Positions 26,325-32,000 of a DNA stretch of 32,000 nucleotides are shown here, one piece after another. The stretch is from Mycobacterium leprae TN (lineage in GTDB: Bacteria; Actinomycetota; Actinomycetes; Mycobacteriales; Mycobacteriaceae). The notes beneath the pieces were generated by a model. The model had not been told where the DNA came from, searched no databases, and worked only from the letters and a program-made list of their open reading frames with translations. The stretch's first letter is position 1; each line of letters starts with the position of its first letter. Location: assembly GCF_000195855.1 (NCBI RefSeq), contig NC_002677.1:3060001-3092000 (forward strand), read 5' to 3'. The translations under genes were made by a program, and so were the position numbers.

Positions 26325-27134
26325 GTGGACACCAGACGTAGGGTGTGGCCGGTGGCCATCATCACCCCTCATGTAACTGACGTGTTCGCGCAGCGAGCGA
26401 CATTGACCCGCTCGCTGCAGCTGCTGTCAGAATTTCGCTACGAGCAGCCGTATCCAGCCCGCTTCTACCGAGCATTGGCAGCCGATACCGTGGCTATGGT
26501 CGGTGATCTTTGGCTGTCGACACACGGTGCACCCCCGGTTGGCCGCATACTGCTCGACGTCGGTAGTGGGTCCGGATATTTCGCAGCAGCGTTTGCCGAC
26601 GCCGGCGTCCGATACATCGGTGTCGAACCGGACCCAAGGGAGATGCACGCGGCGGGACCGGCTTTGGTACCGAAAGCAGGCGCGTTTGTCCGAGCTTCGG
26701 GCATGGCGTTACCCTTCGCCGATGACGCTGTAGACATCTGCTTGTCGTCTAATGTCGCCGAACACGTACCGCAGCCCTGGCAATTGGGCAACGAAATGCT
26801 GCGGGTGACCAAACCTGGCGGCCTAGTCGTGTTATCCTACACTATTTGGCTGGGCCCGTTCGGCGGGCACGAGATGGGCCTGACGCATTACCTAGGCGGT
26901 GCCCGTGCCGCCACCCGGTATGTTCGCAAACACGGTCATCGGGCAAAGAACGACTACGGGTCTTCGTTGTTTCCTGTGTCGGCGGCCGATGGCCTGAATT
27001 GGGCGGCCAGTACCGGGGTCGCGGTTGCCGCATTTCCTCGCTACCACCCGCGATGGGCCTGGTGGCTGACATCGGTGCCGGTACTACGGGAGTTCGTGGT
27101 GAGCAATCTGGTGCTAGTTCTGCGGCCACGATAG
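26325..27134 (+). CDS. SAM-dependent methyltransferase, Rv0224c-like (orthologue family of corynebacterial MtrP, from memory)
   Basis: Clean ORF with SAM motif I ILLDVGSGSGYFAAAF, post-I YIGVEPD and motif II-like VDICLSSNVAEHV. The start is uncertain (in-frame GTG at 26325, 26343, 26352 or 26382). It is divergent from the GT4 gene with a gap of only 52 bp. Confidence 0.85.
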   Translation: MDTRRRVWPVAIITPHVTDVFAQRATLTRSLQLLSEFRYEQPYPARFYRALAADTVAMVGDLWLSTHGAPPVGRILLDVGSGSGYFAAAFADAGVRYIGVEPDPREMHAAGPALVPKAGAFVRASGMALPFADDAVDICLSSNVAEHVPQPWQLGNEMLRVTKPGGLVVLSYTIWLGPFGGHEMGLTHYLGGARAATRYVRKHGHRAKNDYGSSLFPVSAADGLNWAASTGVAVAAFPRYHPRWAWWLTSVPVLREFVVSNLVLVLRPR

Positions 27135-28302
27135 GCCAATGACAGTAGTTTACTGAACTATATTCTCGAGGCACTGCGGTTTGGGTAGGGGTGGCGCCAT
27201 GGTCGCCATACGCAAAACAGAGTACGACAAACTCTTCACCGACTGAATCTGGACGCAACCATCGACCTCCAGCATCATCCAGGTGTACTGCCCGGACACC
27301 GGTGAGTATGTGTGCGAAGTACCGATGGCAGCGCCCGGCCGACATTGACGACGCAGTCGCCGCGGCGACTTCGGGATTCCACCGCAGTCCCTGGCCCTCG
27401 ACGCCACCGACACTGGACACAGCCGTTAATCACTGCAGCGGTCTTAGGCAATGAAGGCCTGGTCAACACGCTGCTGACAGCTGAAACCAGTCAGACGCAC
27501 ACCATCACCGAGACGATGCATTGGATGAGTTCGAATGAAGCGAGGAACTTCTTTGCCGGCGCTGCGGACAAGAATCAAGTGTACCGAGATCCACAACGGC
27601 TCGTACGAGCAAACCATCGTCAGCCGGCGAACCGATTGTGCTGGTAAGCGCGATCGTCGCATGGAACGCGCCGCTGTTCCTGACGGTCAACAACCTGGGT
27701 CCGACGCTGCTAACCGGCTGCACAAGGGTACTAAAGCCGGCCACCGAAACCCCGTTGACCGCAAACGCTCTAGCCGAAGTTCTCGCTCCGGCGGACCTAT
27801 CTGAGGGTATGCTCTCAGTAGTGTCGGGCGGCGTCCCAACCGGATAGGCCCTGACGTCGAACCCGGAAATCGACATAATTTACCTTCACCAACCGATTCG
27901 GCCGGCGGTAAGGAGGTCGGGCTGACCTGCTCAAGCCGTGCACCGTGGAGCTCGGCGGAAAGTCGTTGGCCATCCTCCTCGAGGAAGTTTACCTGTCCAC
28001 CGCTATTCCGATGTTGGTGTTCTCTGGGGTGATGAACGCCGGGCAAGGCTTTGTGAATCAGGCCCGCATCCTGGCCCCACGTTCCGGGTACGACGAAATC
28101 GTGTCCGCGATCGAGGAGCACAGCACAAACATCGACAGACAAAAGCATCGGGAAGGTGAGTTCGGCTGGTGTGCAGCAATGGAAGCTGCGGTGCCGGCAA
28201 CGGGTTTTTCGTGTAGCCCAAGGCATTCAAAGATATCGACAACAAGATAACGATCGACCAGGAGGAAATCTTTGGGTAGGTGCTAAGCATCATTGGTTAT
28301 GC

Positions 28303-28342
28303 CACCGAGTCGTTGGCGATCACGATCGCCAACGACTCGGTG
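28303..28342. repeat. Perfect palindrome P5: 19-bp arms, 2-nt spacer
   Basis: 28303-28321 caccgagtcgttggcgatc is the exact reverse complement of 28324-28342 gatcgccaacgactcggtg. It encodes TESLAI-T-IANDSV within the ALDH pseudogene. Confidence 0.95.
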
Positions 28343-28368
28343 TATGAGCTAATCCGCAATATATAGAC

Positions 28369-28429
28369 TATCCCCCTCGAAGGGCATTAAGATCTGTTTC
28401 GCAGATCTTAATGCCCTTCGAGGGGGATA
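28369..28429. repeat. Perfect palindrome P6: 28-bp arms, 5-nt spacer (61 bp)
   Basis: 28369-28396 tatccccctcgaagggcattaagatctg is the exact reverse complement of 28402-28429 cagatcttaatgcccttcgagggggata. It lies 26 bp downstream of P5 in the same pseudogene. Confidence 0.95.
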
Positions 28430-28695
28430 CGAAATCAATTGGTACACTTTCAATCCCAGCTTCCCCTTATATCCACTACAAAAACTCCGGAATCGGACGT
28501 GAAAACGAGCCCGAATAAGTCAAGCACATCACTCAACAAAAGAACGTGCTAACGACGATAGGCTACACAACCAGCTATAGAGCCGTGGCAGACCATAAGA
28601 GAAGAGCCAAGGTGCTTTGTGAGGCACACTGGCTTTTAGTTGAAGTCCAAGGCATAGATGTTAGCATCGGCCCTTCATGCGTCGGGCGGTGGGAG

Positions 28696-29169
28696 CTACC
28701 GAATGTAATACACGGTGTTGCCGGCCATTATAACCACCCCTATCCGTGGCACCGCAGCTACCGATCGGTGTGTCGGCATGCTTACACCAACTTGGTCCAT
28801 GCCCCGGATTGTGGAGTCGAACCGTTCAAACACGGTAAAGGCCGTGTCAGTGGAGAGGCACCTCCCGCCGATCGTGTACCCGTAGATGACATCCGACACC
28901 ACAGCAAGGTGGTTACGTGGGGGGAGGCATGTGCTACATCCTTCCACGAGCTGCCGTCGAACCTCGGTCTGCGGGGCGCAGCTTTTTGGCGTTCTGCCCC
29001 CGACCATTACGAGTTTGCCACCAATGCACCAGCCGTGCACCGACGCGATCGGTGGCGTGCAGCAATCAACGGCGGCGTTAAGCACGACACACGCCATGGC
29101 CAACCTGGTACGTGATGCGGGTCTCGGGTAAGAAACGCCATTTCGCCGCGGGCCAGACTCTGCACACAA
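28696..29169 (-). pseudogene. Possible hormone-sensitive-lipase-family esterase remnant (LipC/LipW-like)
   Basis: ORF 28696-29169(-) contains SVHGWCIGG (degenerate HGGG oxyanion motif) followed about 40 aa later by LAVVSDVIYGY (compare VVSVDYRLAPE). There is no start context and the ORF is truncated. Weak call. Confidence 0.3.
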
Positions 29170-29399
29170 GAGCAGCTGCAGCGCTTAGGACACCGAGGTC
29201 ACCCACAACTTGGCCATCACCACCAGGATAATCAGCAGACCCAGCACCACATGCAGGCCTTGAGTCAGCCGGGTACAACCAGGGCGGCCACTGCCTCAGT
29301 GGTGCCCCCCGAAACCCGATGCTGGCTATCAGTACAGAAAACGCCACAGCCTAGTCGGAAAGCCATAGTGGTTGCCATGTTCTAGCCTGGACCCTGAGG

Positions 29400-30470
29400 T
29401 GCGTTCTGAATCGAATCACATCATCGCCCATCAAGCCACAAAACTCGCGATTCCCTCAGCCGCCGAACGGATCGCGGCTGCAGGGAGACCGATTCCAAAC
29501 CACCCGATTGTAACGATACCCCAGTATTGACATCCTCTCCGGCATGGCCGACCCAGCTGACCCAGAACCATCCCTACGACCAATCCATAGCATGCTACAC
29601 ACAGACCACGGTTATCGCGCATAACATCCTCTAAAGATAACGTGCACTTAATAGGATATCATCAGATAATTTCATTTAGGATGCCGTGCTGACGCACATC
29701 AACTTGGCTGGCCACGCAATTACATCGTTTTATATCCAGCGTCGCCAATATCAACAGCGATATCGGTTTCAGTGGTGGGTCGTTGTTCCACATTGCTGTC
29801 ACCGGCAAACATGCTGGGCGTCCCTGTGGTCAACGTCGACAGCTTTCCCCGAAGCCCTGGTGAAGGGCGGCATTCTGTCCGGCCGAGATGTCTCTGGTCA
29901 CTTGCCTGCGGCTGGGCGACGACGTGGAGCCGTAAGCGCGGATCGGTCAGGACGGTAATCTAGTATGGCCGTCGCCCGGGCGGTGGTCGACGAGAACATG
30001 AACGACGTGGCTGTTGGCTGAGGTGGTGGAAATAATTTACCGGCCGCCGACATGGATAAGCGGTTACTTGGAACAACTCGACGGCTACCTCGGAGGTGTT
30101 TGCTAGCCCCTGGTTCCATACCGAGGACCTCGTTTGAATGGACGAAAATGGCTACGTCTGGTAGGTGGATAGCAAGCAAGAAGGACACGAGCATCACCGG
30201 TGGTGATAACATCTACTGCTTTGAGGCAGAGAACATCCTCGCCGGCCATCCCGACATCGTCGAGGTCTCCACCAGCGGGTGAGCTCACGAAAAGTGGAGC
30301 GAGGTGCCGACCGCGGCTGTAAAGAATGAGCATTTGCGGCTAGCAAGGACTAACTTAACTTGAGTTCCTGCCTGATCGGCTCGCGCGCTACAAACACCCC
30401 GCAGCGCTTGAGATCGTTACCAATCCGCTTCGCAACCCAGCCGGGAAGGTGCCCAAAAAATTAAACCGCC
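29400..30470 (+). pseudogene. fadD5: Fatty-acyl-AMP/CoA ligase (FadD5-like) pseudogene, shortened and frameshifted
   Basis: AMP-binding motifs in shifting frames: ALNRISSDNFI*DAVLTHINLAG (decayed YTSGTTGxPKGAxLTHxN P-loop region, about 29640-29720), WIASKKDTSITGGDNIYCFEAENILAGHPDIVEVS (GRxKDxIxxGGxNIYxxEVE), HEKWSEVPTAAV, FLPDRLARYKHPAALEIVTNPLRNPAGKVPKK. It lies directly upstream of yrbE1A, as Rv0166 does. The 5' boundary is uncertain. Confidence 0.55.
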
Positions 30471-30765
30471 ATTGCATTTTGACGTTTAGTGAGGGTTACG
30501 AAAGAAATTCGGTGCCAAGATCAAGATATTTAGATAACCAAAGAAGATTGTTGACAGAGTCGAAAAGTTGTCCTCTGAGCGTTGACAAAAGATCAATTCG
30601 GCAGATGCGATGCACATGCGGTAGACCATCGGGTACATTCCTCTGGTCTCCGTTACCACTTGTTGGGTAGGGAGCCGATGGTTACTTCAGTACGGCCGAA
30701 ACAAGGAGGTGGCGTTGTGACACGATCTGCCGAGGCATATATGGTTCCGGCGTGAGGGGTCAGCG

Positions 30766-31569
30766 GTGACGACGGAGACGCGCTCGAGCCTGGTCGAGTA
30801 CGCCCACACCAAACTCCAGACGCCACTGGTTCTTGTTGGCGGGTTCTTCCGAATGCTCGTCCTGACCGGAAAGGCGTTGTTCCGGCGGCCATTCCAATGG
30901 CGCGAGTTCATATTACAGTGCTGGTTCATCATGCGGGTTGCATTTCTGCCGACCGTCATGGTGTCGATTCCGCTGACCGTGCTGCTGATCTTCACCCTCA
31001 ACGTTCTGCTGGCTCAGTTCAGCGCTGCAGACTTATCTGGCGCGGGCGCGGCGATCGGGGCCGTCACCCAGCTCGGCCCGTTGACCACGGTGCTGGTGGT
31101 GGCCGGCGCCGGATCGACGTCCATCTGTGCGGACCTGGGTGCGCGCACTATCCGCGAGGAGATCGACGCGATGGAGGTTCTCGGCATCGACCCCATACAT
31201 AGACTGGTAGTGCCCCGGGTCCTTGCCGCGACGCTGGTAGCCACGCTGCTCAACGGCTTGGTCATCACCGTAGGCCTAGTGGGCGGCTACCTCTTCGGAG
31301 TTTACCTGCAGAATGTGTCGGGCGGTGCCTATCTTGCTACTCTCACCACTATTACCGGTCTTCCCGAAGTGGTGATCGCGACTGTCAAAGCCGCGACGTT
31401 CGGACTCATCGCTGGCTTGGTCGGCTGTTATCGCGGGCTGATCGTACGCGGTGGTTCCAACGGACTGGGCGCCGCCGTCAACGAAACCGTGGTGCTTTGC
31501 GTGGTCGCGTTGTACGCGGTCAATGTGGTGCTGACCACCATCGGCGTGCGCTTCGGAACTGGACACTGA
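30766..31569 (+). CDS. yrbE1A: Mce-system permease YrbE1A (MlaE-like), 267 aa
   Basis: GTG at 30766 sits 6 nt after GAGGGG (30754-59). Polytopic, with the conserved MlaE/YrbE segment GPLTTVLVVAGAGSTSICADLGARTIREEIDAMEVLGIDPIHRLVVPRVLA. Confidence 0.9.
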   Translation: MTTETRSSLVEYAHTKLQTPLVLVGGFFRMLVLTGKALFRRPFQWREFILQCWFIMRVAFLPTVMVSIPLTVLLIFTLNVLLAQFSAADLSGAGAAIGAVTQLGPLTTVLVVAGAGSTSICADLGARTIREEIDAMEVLGIDPIHRLVVPRVLAATLVATLLNGLVITVGLVGGYLFGVYLQNVSGGAYLATLTTITGLPEVVIATVKAATFGLIAGLVGCYRGLIVRGGSNGLGAAVNETVVLCVVALYAVNVVLTTIGVRFGTGH

Positions 31570-31572
31570 AAC

Positions 31573-32000
31573 ATGTCGACCGCTGCCGTGTTGCGCGCCC
31601 GTTTTCCGCGGGCTGCCGCCAATCTGAATCGTTATGGCGGAGCCGCGGCCCGCGGAATTGACGACATCGGCCAAATGAGCTGGTTTGGCCTGATCGCCCT
31701 CGGAAACATCCCTAATGCCCTGAGCCGCTATCGCAAGGAAACGCTGCGCCTGATAGCCCAGATCGGGATGGGTACTGGTGCAATGGCTGTCGTTGGTGGC
31801 ACCGCCGCGATCGTCGGGTTCGTCACGCTCTCCGGTAGCTCTCTGGTCGCTATCCAGGGTTTCGCGTCGCTGGGGGCCATCGGTGTCGAGGCGTTTACCG
31901 GCTTCTTCGCTGCACTGATCAACGTGCGCATCGCTGCCCCCGTGATCACAGGTATCGTCATGGCGGCCACCGTCGGCGCCGGCGCCACCGCCGAACTAGG
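31573..32000 (+). CDS. yrbE1B: Mce-system permease YrbE1B, N-terminal ~142 aa (3' end outside the window; not in the ORF track because no stop is reached)
   Basis: ATG at 31573 is 3 nt after the yrbE1A stop. Translation: MSTAAVLRARFPRAAANLNRYGGAAARGIDDIGQMSWFGLIALGNIPNALSRYRKETLRLIAQIGMGTGAMAVVGGTAAIVGFVTLSGSSLVAIQGF..., open to position 32000. Confidence 0.85.
   Translation, partial: MSTAAVLRARFPRAAANLNRYGGAAARGIDDIGQMSWFGLIALGNIPNALSRYRKETLRLIAQIGMGTGAMAVVGGTAAIVGFVTLSGSSLVAIQGFASLGAIGVEAFTGFFAALINVRIAAPVITGIVMAATVGAGATAEL

Larger units (their letters stand above)
27200..28560 (+). pseudogene. Aldehyde dehydrogenase (Rv0223c-like) pseudogene
   Basis: ALDH motifs in shifting frames with stops: YDKLFTD*...VYCPDTGEYVCEVPMA, VSAIVAWNAPLFLTVNNLGPTLLTGCTRVLKPATETPLTANALAEVL, VELGGKSLAILLEEV, NAGQGFVNQARILAPRSGYDEIV, QEEIFG*VLSIIGYATESLAITIANDSVYEL, INWYTFNPSFP, YKNSGIGRENEPE*. 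Confidence 0.8.

Noticed and set aside
26842-28226. Minus-strand ORFs 26842-27420 (192 aa) and 27687-28226 (179 aa)
   Set aside because: They run antisense to the methyltransferase gene and the ALDH pseudogene. Their composition is Arg/Pro-rich with no motifs.
28546-29115. ORF 28546-29115(+) (189 aa)
   Set aside because: No recognisable family, no start context, and it overlaps the weak opposite-strand esterase-like remnant. I do not think it can be supported as a gene.
29100-29700. Presence of a known dispersed repeat family at the synteny junction
   Set aside because: I cannot recognise any such element from memory, and no second copy exists within this window. This needs a genome-wide search, so no claim is made.

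Overview
This 32-kb window looks like a segment of a reductively evolved, high-GC mycobacterial chromosome of the Mycobacterium leprae type. That call rests on recognisable protein families, gene order and heavy pseudogenisation; no database search was possible.

**Intact genes (about 16.3 kb, roughly 51% of the window).** They sit in islands whose order mirrors M. tuberculosis H37Rv Rv0242c to Rv0223c (here on the + strand) and then jumps to Rv0166 to Rv0168. The H37Rv locus numbers are from memory.
- fabG4 (3' end only) and htdX
- a TetR regulator and the lipoprotein glycosidase lpqI
- a 57-codon Rv0236A-like ORF that is missing from the supplied ORF track
- the arabinofuranosyltransferase aftD
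- gabD1
- a five-gene envelope cluster: Rv0228-like acyltransferase, Rv0227c-like and Rv0226c-like membrane proteins, Rv0225-like GT4 glycosyltransferase, Rv0224c-like methyltransferase
- yrbE1A and yrbE1B, the start of an mce1-type operon

**Decayed sequence.** The remainder is intergenic, AT-drifted or frameshifted. It holds remnants of a membrane protein, a glycerophosphodiester phosphodiesterase, a ThDP-dependent enzyme, an R2lox/NrdB-like protein, a MazEF-like toxin-antitoxin pair, fadE4, php, an aldehyde dehydrogenase, an HSL-type esterase and fadD5. I found no rRNA, tRNA, CRISPR array or recognisable transposase.

**Most unusual signal.** There are six long, perfectly complementary palindromes with mutually unrelated sequences (17-28 bp arms, 1-12 nt spacers). 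All six lie in pseudogenes or decayed DNA. In several, one arm still encodes the ancestral protein motif and the other arm is its reverse complement written over the neighbouring codons. I read this as template-switch or fold-back mutational scars. One of them also overlaps the start of the decayed antitoxin gene and could be a former operator.

**Other points worth a second look.**
- a roughly 1.1-kb block of about 40% GC splitting fabG4 from htdX
- a synteny junction upstream of the mce1-type operon
- three short perfect or near-perfect tandem duplications
- the selective survival of the five-gene envelope cluster

All coordinates and motifs were read by eye from the sequence. Pseudogene boundaries are approximate.
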